The notes beneath the pieces were generated by a model that saw only the letters and a list, made by a program, of their open reading frames with translations, had not been told where the DNA came from and did no database searches. This document shows positions 1 to 8,887 of a stretch of DNA of 28,797 bases, piece after piece (position 1 is the stretch's first letter; the number at the start of each line of letters is the position of its first letter). The DNA lies in assembly GCA_048885535.1 (NCBI GenBank), contig JBHLLO010000035.1, positions 1 to 28,797 on the forward strand, written 5' to 3'. Source of the stretch: Candidatus Hermodarchaeota archaeon. GTDB lineage: Archaea; Asgardarchaeota; Lokiarchaeia; Sigyniarchaeales; SOKP01. Position numbers and translations under genes: made by a program.

Positions 1-1
1 T

Positions 2-1345
2 AAAGTGCATTCACTCGGCGGTCATTTATTATACTCTCTTGGAGCTGTCCCATCTGGTCTTCCATACAATATGATTTCAGCTAGTATATTACTTTTTTAT
101 GTTACGATAGTTAAATTAGACCCTATTCTATTTGGGATTGTATGGATTCTTTATGGAGTATGGAATGCTGTTAATGATCCATTAGTTGGATATTTAATGG
201 ATAAGCTTCAACTAAAGAAAGGCAGAAGAATTCCATATATTATATATGGAACAATTCCTTTAACACTAGGTTTTATTTTTCTATGGTGGGTGCCTTATCC
301 CAACTCAGCTCAAAACTTAATTTTTGTACATTGCCTTATTATGCTATTCCTTTTTGATTTAGGATTTACTTTATGTATGGTAAGTTGGTCAGCATTATAT
401 ACTGAGATGTATGAAACTGAGAAGGAGAGGGCCAGTGTGGTTGCTATAAAAGACTTGATAGCATTTATAGCCTCATTTATAGGAATACTTATACCACCTG
501 CTTTAGCAGCAGCAATTAGTTGGGAGTTTACAGGACTTATCATAGGATTATTTATTCCTATTACAATGCTTCTTTCAATTCTTGGAAGTCAAGAAAAAAA
601 AGAGTATCAGATTGATAAACCATTACCATTTCTATCAGCAATTAAAGAGACATTTTCAAATAAACCATTTGTAATTATTACCTTAACTTACACATTAATC
701 GATTTTGCTTTTGGATTGACTCTTATGGTCTTACCCTTGTTTGCTAAATACGTACTTCTAGTTCCTACAGGTATGGAAGGGTTTGCTGCTGCAGGAGTAG
801 CTATTGGTATTATTTTAAGTATTCCTTTATGGAGATGGATATATTCCAAGAAAGGTCCTAAATTTGGTTTATTATTTGCCTTAATCTTTTATACAGTAAC
901 AATTTATCCCTTATTTCTAATTGGAGATTTTATGACATTGCTACTCTTTACTATCATTCCAGGGATAGGGGTTTCTGGAATGCTCATGACTGAACCTGCT
1001 ATTAGTACTGCGATCGATTATGATGAAATAAGAATTAACAAACGTAGAGAAGCCACCTATAATGGCATATTAACTTTAATTGCAAGACTTTCTCTTGTTC
1101 TTTCGGGAATTACTTTAATAATAGTGCAAGAAATCAGTGGGTTTGATCCAAATATAGAGGATCCATTATTGCAACCAAATTCGGCTATTGCTGGTTTGAA
1201 AATTTTAATTTCATTGGTACCGGTATTAGGAGGTTTCTGTGCAGCATTAACGTTTGCTTTTTTTCCAATTAATCTTAATCAATTTAATGAGATGCAAAAA
1301 AAGCTACAAATATTACATGAAGAAAGAAGGCAAACCTTAACTTAA
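2..1345 (+). CDS. MFS transporter, glycoside-pentoside-hexuronide (MelB/GPH) family; probably 5'-truncated by the window edge
   Basis: About 12 hydrophobic segments, with WNAVNDPLVGYLMDK..GRRIPYI and IDYDE...RREATYNG motifs typical of GPH carriers. The frame is open from position 2, so the true start may lie upstream. Confidence 0.85.
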   Translation, partial: KVHSLGGHLLYSLGAVPSGLPYNMISASILLFYVTIVKLDPILFGIVWILYGVWNAVNDPLVGYLMDKLQLKKGRRIPYIIYGTIPLTLGFIFLWWVPYPNSAQNLIFVHCLIMLFLFDLGFTLCMVSWSALYTEMYETEKERASVVAIKDLIAFIASFIGILIPPALAAAISWEFTGLIIGLFIPITMLLSILGSQEKKEYQIDKPLPFLSAIKETFSNKPFVIITLTYTLIDFAFGLTLMVLPLFAKYVLLVPTGMEGFAAAGVAIGIILSIPLWRWIYSKKGPKFGLLFALIFYTVTIYPLFLIGDFMTLLLFTIIPGIGVSGMLMTEPAISTAIDYDEIRINKRREATYNGILTLIARLSLVLSGITLIIVQEISGFDPNIEDPLLQPNSAIAGLKILISLVPVLGGFCAALTFAFFPINLNQFNEMQKKLQILHEERRQTLT

Positions 1346-1384
1346 TTCCGAAATAAGAAACAAATGAAAAAAAAATTTATTTGA

Positions 1385-1669
1385 TTAATTTTGAGCTTTT
1401 CTTTTAAAACGCTTTATTAGTTTTATCAATAAGATTAAACCAATTATAGCCATAGCAAATAAGATTATCGTACTGAAAGGCGTGAAAGAACAATGAGCAT
1501 AATATCCTAAATAGCATGGTTTACTTGCTTCATCAGGCAATAAAGTGATTATACCTGATGAAATTCCACCTGCTATTAATCCGATTAAAAATATTAAATA
1601 AAATCCCAGTAATATTGCTTTAGTCACTTTTAATATTTTGTTTTTTACCAATTTTTCATGAATCTGCAT
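1385..1669 (-). CDS. Small two-TM membrane protein with a KPCYLGYYAHCSFTP loop
   Basis: GGTGA RBS 6 nt before ATG; two hydrophobic helices flank a Cys/His loop; basic C-terminal tail. Confidence 0.7.
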   Translation of the reverse strand: MQIHEKLVKNKILKVTKAILLGFYLIFLIGLIAGGISSGIITLLPDEASKPCYLGYYAHCSFTPFSTIILFAMAIIGLILLIKLIKRFKRKAQN

Positions 1670-1762
1670 ACTTATTCACCCAATCTTTTTGAGTTAATTA
1701 ATTATACACATATTTTATCATTTAATTCCATGTACGATAAGGATTAAACAGATTCATAAACC

Positions 1763-1842
1763 TATGATGTGGGAATCATATATATTTACATTATATAGCT
1801 AATAAAATCTAGATTTTACATTCCATTTATCACTCATGTGAT
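1763..1842. promoter_or_regulatory. Inverted repeats in a divergent intergenic region, possible regulator binding sites
   Basis: TATGAT-N6-ATCATA (1763-1780), perfect 16-bp palindrome TAAAATCTAGATTTTA (1803-1818) and ATCAC-N4-GTGAT (1829-1842). Confidence 0.3.
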
Positions 1843-1949
1843 TGAAATTCTAACTAAATTAAGCATCGAGATAAGTTATTTTGTTCTAATACAGCCTAAC
1901 TTAGAATTATATCCACAAGCTTTCTATACATGAATTAAATATAAATGAG

Positions 1950-2147
1950 GTGATAAAAATTAATTTAATTTGCCCATGCCCTAAGAAAGCATGTTCAAAT
2001 CATGGAAATTGTGAAGAATGTAATAAATATCATTCTAATGCTAATAATTTACCCTTTTGCAAGCGAGAGCATGGTTTTCTAACAAAATTACTTTATCGAA
2101 AAAACATTGAGATGGTCCAAATGTTAAAAAGTGAAGGAAAGATATGA
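1950..2147 (+). CDS. Small Cys/His-rich metal-binding protein (DUF6485-like)
   Basis: CPCPxxxCxxHGxCxxCxxYH...LPFC motif; its stop overlaps the next start (ATGA). The real start may be ATT at 1959. Confidence 0.7.
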   Translation: MIKINLICPCPKKACSNHGNCEECNKYHSNANNLPFCKREHGFLTKLLYRKNIEMVQMLKSEGKI

Positions 2148-2611
2148 AAAAAGTAATAGTATTATATGATTCTATTTATGGAAATACAAAAAAAGTAGCG
2201 ATGCTGTTAACTCGCGGGTTAGAGGCGGGAAATGTATATGTAGACTGTATTTCTATTCAAAATTTTGATATAAGAGATATAAATAAATATGATGTAATTG
2301 GAATTGGCGTTTCAAGCCATTTATATGGAATTTCAAAACAATTACGATTACTCTTATCAAAATTTAAATGTTATAATTTAGAGGGTAAATTAGGATTTGT
2401 TTTTGAGATAAAGACACGTAAAGCTATATCACATTCAGCAGCCAAAAGAATAAAAAGAAGTTTAATAAAGAAGAAAGTCAAATTAATTCATCCGATTATT
2501 ACTTTTAAAGTTCATAATAAAAGTCTGTTAGAAGACTCCAATTCCCGTGCAATGGAGCAAATTGGTTTAACACTCTCAGATAAATTAAATAATGGGCTAT
2601 TACAATCCTAA
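2144..2611 (+). CDS. Flavodoxin-like protein
   Basis: N-terminal VIVLYDSIYGNTKKVA FMN phosphate-binding loop and YDVIGIG strand. Confidence 0.8.
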   Translation: MKKVIVLYDSIYGNTKKVAMLLTRGLEAGNVYVDCISIQNFDIRDINKYDVIGIGVSSHLYGISKQLRLLLSKFKCYNLEGKLGFVFEIKTRKAISHSAAKRIKRSLIKKKVKLIHPIITFKVHNKSLLEDSNSRAMEQIGLTLSDKLNNGLLQS

Positions 2612-2616
2612 AATTC

Positions 2617-3528
2617 TTATTTATATAATAGTTTTTCTTTCCAAGTTTCATGATAAAAGACTTTATACATAATATCAACTATGATTGAATCAATCTTTTC
2701 TTTTTTTATATTTTCAATCAAATCCGTTAACTCTTTCATATTATTAGCCCAGACCCAGCAAACAATTAAATTTGGTAAATTACTAAAAGTCCAACAGTAA
2801 AAGAGGTTAGGTTCATATTTATCATTCAAATGTTTGGCAAACTCATTTTTTTCAATAGAAGGGTTTACAGTAATTTGAAATAGGGCAAAGATATCATTAG
2901 AACCTTCAGGATTAAAATTAATAGATAAATCAATTATCCCTTCTTGAATTAGTCTAGTCAAGCGGCGGCGAATTGTATTTGAGGTGCTATTAAGATCGTC
3001 AGCAATCTCTGAGATAGGCTTTCGAGAATCTTTATTCAATGATTGAATTATTGCTAAATCTAGTTTATCATAATTCATAGATCTTGACTTTGGTACAATA
3101 TAGGGCACTGGGGCATTATATTGCACCCCAGAAAGTAGTCCAATTTCAGGAGATTGAATATGAGCTGTATGAGAGATAAATGAGGAAAAGTCATCCAGTT
3201 GATGAATACTTTCCAACACCGCACCAATATACAAATAGTTTCTACTAGATAAAATTATTTGCCACGTGTTTTCATGTTTTCCTAGTTCAGGTATTATTTT
3301 ATCTAAATCTTGAGCTTCACTTTGTCCAAAAATAAAACAATAGATCGCATTAATCGCATATGGTTTTAAACTTGCGGTAAACTTTTCAATAATATTTAAA
3401 TCTATAAGACTTTGTATTCTCTTGTAAACAGCGTTTACAGATAGTCCTAGATAGTCTGAAATCTCTCTATATGTTAATCTTGAATTATTAAATAAAAGTA
3501 GAATAATCTTGAGATCAATTTCATCCAT
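2617..3528 (-). CDS. Tandem (duplicated) Lrp/AsnC-family transcriptional regulator
   Basis: Two HTH modules, MDEIDLKII..NSRLTYREIS..LGLSVNAVYKRI and DKLDLAII..DSRKPISEIA..STSNTIRRRL, each followed by a ligand-binding-type domain. Confidence 0.88.
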   Translation of the reverse strand: MDEIDLKIILLLFNNSRLTYREISDYLGLSVNAVYKRIQSLIDLNIIEKFTASLKPYAINAIYCFIFGQSEAQDLDKIIPELGKHENTWQIILSSRNYLYIGAVLESIHQLDDFSSFISHTAHIQSPEIGLLSGVQYNAPVPYIVPKSRSMNYDKLDLAIIQSLNKDSRKPISEIADDLNSTSNTIRRRLTRLIQEGIIDLSINFNPEGSNDIFALFQITVNPSIEKNEFAKHLNDKYEPNLFYCWTFSNLPNLIVCWVWANNMKELTDLIENIKKEKIDSIIVDIMYKVFYHETWKEKLLYK

Positions 3529-3588
3529 AGAGTATAAAAATTAAATAAGAAATAAATGTATTTAGTTCAATGTTTTGAAAAAAAATAA

Positions 3589-4764
3589 CTATAAGTATTG
3601 AATTCTTCCATCCTTAATTATACACTTATCTTTCAATACTTTAGGATGATTTTTAATAGTTTGATTTATCAATTCTCTATACTTCTCTGAGGTTTCAATA
3701 ATCTTATGGGGAGGATCTTCTCCAATTGCTCTTTGAACTAGCTCTAATATATGATATAATTCAATATTATTCTCTTTTGCAGGTTTTGCTAGCGCTAAAC
3801 AACCCGTACAGCTAACAGCAATAGAAGTTGCTTCAATTTCCTTAACTTCCGAAATTCTCATCCCTGAAACAAAGTTGAAAAAGTCTTTATCTGAGTTTGC
3901 TAAAGACGAGCCGCAACAAAGAGTTTTATTGAAATTGTGCTTCATTTCAATTACTTCAGCCCCTAGGATCTCGAGTAATTCACGTGGAGCATCAAAAATC
4001 TTCTTATCTAAATTCCTCCAAGCACATGGATCATGAAAAGTTATACGTTCCTTAATCTGATTCTTAATCTTTAACTCATCTTTATGATATTTCTCAACAA
4101 GAAAAGCGCTAAATGTTTGAAGCTTAATACTTTTTTCAAATTCTGGAATAATATTGGAATAAATATACATCATTCTTAAACATCCTGGACAGAATATAAT
4201 GAACTTTTCTATTCCAAATGCGCAAAACTCTTCCAATAAATTCCTTCCTTTTATTTCAATCTCATCTAATCCAAATAATTTCGTATAGGAGCCACAACAG
4301 AATTTCACTCCACCTATTTTTGGGAATTCATCCAATAATTTTGTATTTATTAAGTCTGTCTGAACATAAGACAGACCACATCCCAAATAGAACATCTGTT
4401 TACTTTTTGGTGGGTGTTGATATTGATGAACTTTTTTTTTTAGTCCCTCATCACCCAAATTCAATGCAATTGTTGCATCATTGATTTCTATCTCTTCATG
4501 TGGTAAGTAAAAACAAGGCAAACCTTGAGATTTAAACCTCTCTATGCTTGCTTCTCTTATAAGTTCCCTTGGATTAGATTTTGTAGGACATATAGCATCA
4601 CAATATGCACAACCTATGCATCTTTTAATAGATTCGCCCAAAATCTTAGTTTCTATTAAATTAGTTATTTCTCTCTTAGCTTGTTCTGTAGATAAATCAG
4701 TCAGATAAGGGCATTCAGCTAAACATGTTCCACATCGTTCGCAATTCTCTTCAATGAAACTCAC
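3589..4764 (-). CDS. Fe-S oxidoreductase, HdrD/GlpC-like (2x[4Fe-4S] plus CCG domains)
   Basis: CERCGTCLAECP and CIGCAYCDAICP ferredoxin motifs; CCG, CPGC, TFHDPC, CCGS and SCTGC motifs. Confidence 0.85.
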   Translation of the reverse strand: MSFIEENCERCGTCLAECPYLTDLSTEQAKREITNLIETKILGESIKRCIGCAYCDAICPTKSNPRELIREASIERFKSQGLPCFYLPHEEIEINDATIALNLGDEGLKKKVHQYQHPPKSKQMFYLGCGLSYVQTDLINTKLLDEFPKIGGVKFCCGSYTKLFGLDEIEIKGRNLLEEFCAFGIEKFIIFCPGCLRMMYIYSNIIPEFEKSIKLQTFSAFLVEKYHKDELKIKNQIKERITFHDPCAWRNLDKKIFDAPRELLEILGAEVIEMKHNFNKTLCCGSSLANSDKDFFNFVSGMRISEVKEIEATSIAVSCTGCLALAKPAKENNIELYHILELVQRAIGEDPPHKIIETSEKYRELINQTIKNHPKVLKDKCIIKDGRIQYL

Positions 4765-4770
4765 TTTATT

Positions 4771-6063
4771 TCACCAATGTTTTTCTCTATTATTTTCTAA
4801 AGTTTTAGTATTCACCGAGAAAAAACGTTTGGATAAAGATAAAGCACAATATTCACCACACATTGAACATACCTCTTGATTAATCGGATGCTTTTTTGAT
4901 GGTTCTTCAGAATCTAGACTATACTCAAATTGTTTAGGCCAATTTTTCTGGAATCTATATTTAGAAAGATTTAAATCATTATCAAACAAATGATTTAGAC
5001 CAAATTTCATGGAATCTCCCACATGAGCAGCTATCCTGCATGCAATTAATCCTTTTTTTATATCTTCGACTGAGGGTAGAGATAAATGTTCTGCTGGAGT
5101 AATGGCACATAAATAATCAGCACCATATCCCGAAGCAATTGCTCCACCTATTGCTGCGGAAATATGATCATATCCAGGTGCAAAATCCGTTGGGAGTGGT
5201 CCTGAAACAAATAATGGTCTATTTCTTGTTATTTTTTTATATAATTGAATCTTTTCCATTAAGTCTTTAGCCAGTACATGACCTCCTAAGCTTTCAATTA
5301 TCACTTGTATCCCATTTGAATTTGCTCTTTTTGCAAGTTTAGAATTCATTTTAATTTCTGACAAATGAAATCCATCAACTCTATCGTGAACACAACCACT
5401 CCTCATAGCATTCCCTAGATTTAGTACAATATCATCCTCTCGTAGAATTTCCATTAGATAGTCAAAATTTTTTAAAAATGGGTTCTCAATTGATTGCTCT
5501 ATCATTAATGCTATTGTCAAACTACCCCCTTTAGATACGATTCCCATTATTCTTTTTCCTTTCATTTTTCTTAAATCTTCAAGAGAAAAGCCACAATGCA
5601 ATACCACAGAACTTATTCCATTCCTAATTTGTTCATTTATTAAATTGAAAATAGTGTCTTCTGTAATGTTTATTATTGACTTTGCTTCTGCAACAGCTTG
5701 ATATATAGGTACTGTAGTAATCGGAACAATAGAACATTCTATTATTTTTTTTCGAATTGCACTAATATCTCCACCCATAGATAAATCTGATATTGTGTCA
5801 GCACCATACTTCTGAGCGATTCTCACTTTTTCAATTTCCTCATTTAAATTAATTAAAGAGGTAGATGTACCAATATTAACATTTATTTTGGTTCTAAAGT
5901 GCAAACCGATTCCTAAAGGGATTTGATTTCTTCTTTTCATTATTACTGATTGACCCTTTGAAATACTCTTCATAACAGTCTTAACATCAACCTTTTCAAT
6001 TTCGGCGATTTGTAAAATTTCATGGTTTACCTTAGCCTTTAGCGCTTCTTCATATAATGTCAT
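4771..6063 (-). CDS. thiC: ThiC-family radical SAM enzyme (phosphomethylpyrimidine synthase or Bza-like paralog)
   Basis: TKINVNIGTS, TVPIYQA, APGYDHI, TPAEHL and C-terminal CSMCGEYC (CX2CX4C). Several motifs deviate from the canonical ThiC consensus. Confidence 0.75.
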   Translation of the reverse strand: MTLYEEALKAKVNHEILQIAEIEKVDVKTVMKSISKGQSVIMKRRNQIPLGIGLHFRTKINVNIGTSTSLINLNEEIEKVRIAQKYGADTISDLSMGGDISAIRKKIIECSIVPITTVPIYQAVAEAKSIINITEDTIFNLINEQIRNGISSVVLHCGFSLEDLRKMKGKRIMGIVSKGGSLTIALMIEQSIENPFLKNFDYLMEILREDDIVLNLGNAMRSGCVHDRVDGFHLSEIKMNSKLAKRANSNGIQVIIESLGGHVLAKDLMEKIQLYKKITRNRPLFVSGPLPTDFAPGYDHISAAIGGAIASGYGADYLCAITPAEHLSLPSVEDIKKGLIACRIAAHVGDSMKFGLNHLFDNDLNLSKYRFQKNWPKQFEYSLDSEEPSKKHPINQEVCSMCGEYCALSLSKRFFSVNTKTLENNREKHW

Positions 6064-6271
6064 TTTATTTCCCGCTCCATATTTATAGAAATTAAGCTTT
6101 CAAGATATAATATAATCCATCAAATATATGTTATATATTTCTATGAAATAAATAAGCCATCAATTTCAAATTACTAAAAAAGTAAAAATTTAATTGCTTT
6201 TAATTCCTCTTTAACTTAGTTCTTTTTGAACTTTAATATATTTTAATTAAACAAGAAATTAGGTAATTTAA

Positions 6272-6517
6272 TTGCAAGGCACCGTAAAATGGTTTAATAG
6301 CCGTAAAGGCTATGGATTCATAACCTCTGAAGAGGGAAATGATATTTTCGTTCATTTCTCTGCCATTGTAGGGGATGACAACGAATTTAAAACTTTAAAT
6401 GAAAATGATAAAGTTGAATTCGAAGTTACTGAGGGTCAAAAAGGACCTCAAGCAAGTAATGTAGTAGTTACTGAAAAAGCCCCTCAACAAGGCAATCCCT
6501 ATAATAGATTCTATTAA
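6272..6517 (+). CDS. cspA: Cold-shock domain protein (paralog 1)
   Basis: GTVKWFN, RNP1 KGYGFI, RNP2 IFVHFS and [10 protein letters not shown]; TTG start. Confidence 0.93.
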   Translation: MQGTVKWFNSRKGYGFITSEEGNDIFVHFSAIVGDDNEFKTLNENDKVEFEVTEGQKGPQASNVVVTEKAPQQGNPYNRFY

Positions 6518-6571
6518 TTTAATTGAAAATTAAAAATCTAAAAAAAGTAACAAATCAATATAAGTAGTAAG

Positions 6572-6604
6572 TAATAAGTAGTAAAATCCCTTTTACGATT
6601 ATTA
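6572..6604. terminator. Imperfect hairpin between convergent genes
   Basis: TAATAA..GTAAAA-TCCC-TTTTAC..TTATTA, with T-runs downstream and A-runs upstream. Confidence 0.3.
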
Positions 6605-6646
6605 TCAACACTTATCATTTTTTCCTTTATTTTAATTGTTTTTTCT

Positions 6647-7384
6647 TTATGCTTTTGAAGTTTCTATAGTGCCCAATATTGTATTAATTTCAGTATCAAA
6701 TGTTTTCACTTGATTAAAAAATGTATTACTGACTTTAATCAATTGAGTGATAGCTAATTCAGGGGACTCTAATATTTGTTTAGCCATCTTAATCGCCTCA
6801 TTAAGTACCTCCTGAGGTTCTACTAATTTGTTCACTAAATTCAACCTATAGGCTTCAGAACCCGAAAGATATGTATCTCTTGTCCCAGTATTGAGGGTTA
6901 TTTCTAATGCTTTTCCACGTCCTACGATTGCCATGTAAGGAAAAAATAATGGGCAAGCACCAAACCTTATTTCTGGATGTCCAAATTGTGCGTTTTTTGA
7001 GGCAATGCGTAGGTGGCAAATAATAGCCAAATCAAAAGCTCCCGCTAAAGCAAAACCATTAATAGCTGCAATTAATAATTTAGGATAATCTAAAATTGTC
7101 TGGTGGAAAATGTGATTATTCTCTATAAATTGATCAAGATTTTCTTTACTCTGGACAACAGCTAATACTTCTTCTCTATCAAAACCTGCTGAAAAAAATT
7201 CTTCACCACCATAAAAAATCACACTTTTAATTCGCTTTTCTAACTTTAACTCATTTAATCCATTTATAATTTCAGTACGCATCTCAATATTCATAGCATT
7301 TTTTTTTTCGGGGCGATTTAATTTAAGAACACATATCTTTCCTCTACACTCTAATTTAATATATTTATATGAATTCTGACTCAT
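6647..7384 (-). CDS. Enoyl-CoA hydratase/isomerase (crotonase) family protein
   Basis: LNRPEKKNAM, FSAGFD, IAAINGFALAG and FGHPEIRFG. ATG at 7384 is preferred to 7396 because a GGTAA RBS-like element precedes it. Confidence 0.88.
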   Translation of the reverse strand: MSQNSYKYIKLECRGKICVLKLNRPEKKNAMNIEMRTEIINGLNELKLEKRIKSVIFYGGEEFFSAGFDREEVLAVVQSKENLDQFIENNHIFHQTILDYPKLLIAAINGFALAGAFDLAIICHLRIASKNAQFGHPEIRFGACPLFFPYMAIVGRGKALEITLNTGTRDTYLSGSEAYRLNLVNKLVEPQEVLNEAIKMAKQILESPELAITQLIKVSNTFFNQVKTFDTEINTILGTIETSKA

Positions 7385-7583
7385 TTTGATTACCATTTAA
7401 TTTTATAGATATTTTAAGAACTATTAGTATATAAGAAAATTTCTTTTGGTTTGAAAATATTGTTAAGGAATTTATTAATCTAATTTTTGATAAATTGATT
7501 TTTTCTAAAAATTTATTATGTGTGTAATTTATTCCTACATAGTTCTTAAAAAGTTTTTTAAAATTAGAAATTTGGTTTTAAAG

Positions 7584-7832
7584 TTGGTAAATGGAACTGT
7601 TAAATGGTATAATCACAAAAAAGGCTATGGATTTATAACTTCTGAAGAAGGAAAAGACATCTTTGTTCATTATTCTGCTTTAGTAGGCAGGGATGATGAA
7701 TATGTTACTCTTAATGAGAACGATAAGGTTACATTCGATATTGTTCAAGGTCAAAAAGGACCACAAGCAAGTAATGTTGTCATTACCGAGAAAGCTCCTC
7801 CTCAGCTTCGAAAAGGCGGCTTTCGTATTTAA
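7584..7832 (+). CDS. cspA: Cold-shock domain protein (paralog 2)
   Basis: GTVKWYN, KGYGFI, IFVHYS and [10 protein letters not shown]. Alignment with paralog 1 favours the TTG start at 7584 over the ORF-track ATG at 7518. Confidence 0.92.
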   Translation: MVNGTVKWYNHKKGYGFITSEEGKDIFVHYSALVGRDDEYVTLNENDKVTFDIVQGQKGPQASNVVITEKAPPQLRKGGFRI

Positions 7833-7990
7833 TTTAAGAAAGAATTATGAATCTATGAAATTTGGTAAAATTTTATAAGGAATAAATAAAAACTAAATGA
7901 TTTTTATCGAACCTTATTATTTTTTTTTAATTTTCTAATAAGTATTATAAGAGAATCTGAAAAAATAAAGAATAACTTGGAGGATTCCCA

Positions 7991-8674
7991 GTGAGTATCG
8001 AAATTTGGTTATCTGGCTTTCTCTATCTGTTTATCCTAGTTCTACAAATTGCAATGGCTACATTTGGTTATATATTAGAACCAACGTCAAAACATTATGA
8101 ATCAGATGATAAGCTGCAAAATTTTAACAGGAATCCAAAACGATTTAAAATAGGAGTTGGGTTAGCACTTATAGAACACATTTGCGTCATTACACTTGCT
8201 ATAATATTGTTTTTTGTTATTAGTCCATATAGCATAATTTATGGAACTATTTGTATTATCTTTCGAGTTATAGAAGGCGGGATCCAAATCTATATTGAAA
8301 AAGACTACTTTGGGCTCCTTAATATAGCAGGAAAATACTCTGTTGCCAATGATATAGAGAAAGATTCGTTGATGGATTCATATCGTAGCATTCTTGAAAC
8401 TAAAAGCACTAGATTTGCATATGCAATGGTTTGTTGGTCCATTGGTACAATCGCAATTTCAATTGTATTAGTTTTTTATGCGTTAGCAATCCCCTTTATT
8501 GGATGGCTAGGGATTATTGCTAGTATTTTAATTGGCTTTGCAAATGTGATGAAACTTGTGAAACCTAACGTTAAAGCTTATGTAAGTCTGTCATCTATCG
8601 CTGGTATGTTGAGTATTCTATTTGAAATACTCATCGGAATATCACTATTATTTTTTCCACCCATCATCCCATAG
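7991..8674 (+). CDS. Multi-pass membrane protein (DUF4386-like)
   Basis: GGAGG RBS with GTG start; about 6 TM segments; IIFRVIEG and IPFIGWLG patterns. Confidence 0.65.
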   Translation: MSIEIWLSGFLYLFILVLQIAMATFGYILEPTSKHYESDDKLQNFNRNPKRFKIGVGLALIEHICVITLAIILFFVISPYSIIYGTICIIFRVIEGGIQIYIEKDYFGLLNIAGKYSVANDIEKDSLMDSYRSILETKSTRFAYAMVCWSIGTIAISIVLVFYALAIPFIGWLGIIASILIGFANVMKLVKPNVKAYVSLSSIAGMLSILFEILIGISLLFFPPIIP

Positions 8675-8887
8675 CTAATTCATAACATTGCTCTAATGAT
8701 TTTTTTGAATATTTATTAAGGAATATGAAAAATAGGATTGTAGAATATGGAAGATCAATACATTTTTATTTCTTAGATCGTTTCGCAAAAAAGCAATGGA
8801 AATTGGTTCTATTAAAACAAACTAAAAATAATAGAAATGCATAAGTCTGAATACTACGCTTATGAAGAAAAAAGGGTGAAACAAGAA

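Noticed and set aside
6064-6271. TPP or cobalamin riboswitch upstream of the ThiC-like gene
   Set aside because: The region is very AT-rich and I see no conserved riboswitch core motifs; a covariance-model scan would be decisive.
6561-6604. SECIS element or CRISPR-like repeat (TAAGTAGTAA twice plus a hairpin)
   Set aside because: No in-frame UGA in the flanking genes and no repeat-spacer periodicity; more simply a low-complexity terminator region.
8725-8844. 39-codon ORF upstream of the geranylgeranyl reductase
   Set aside because: No motif and only a weak RBS; cannot be distinguished from chance.
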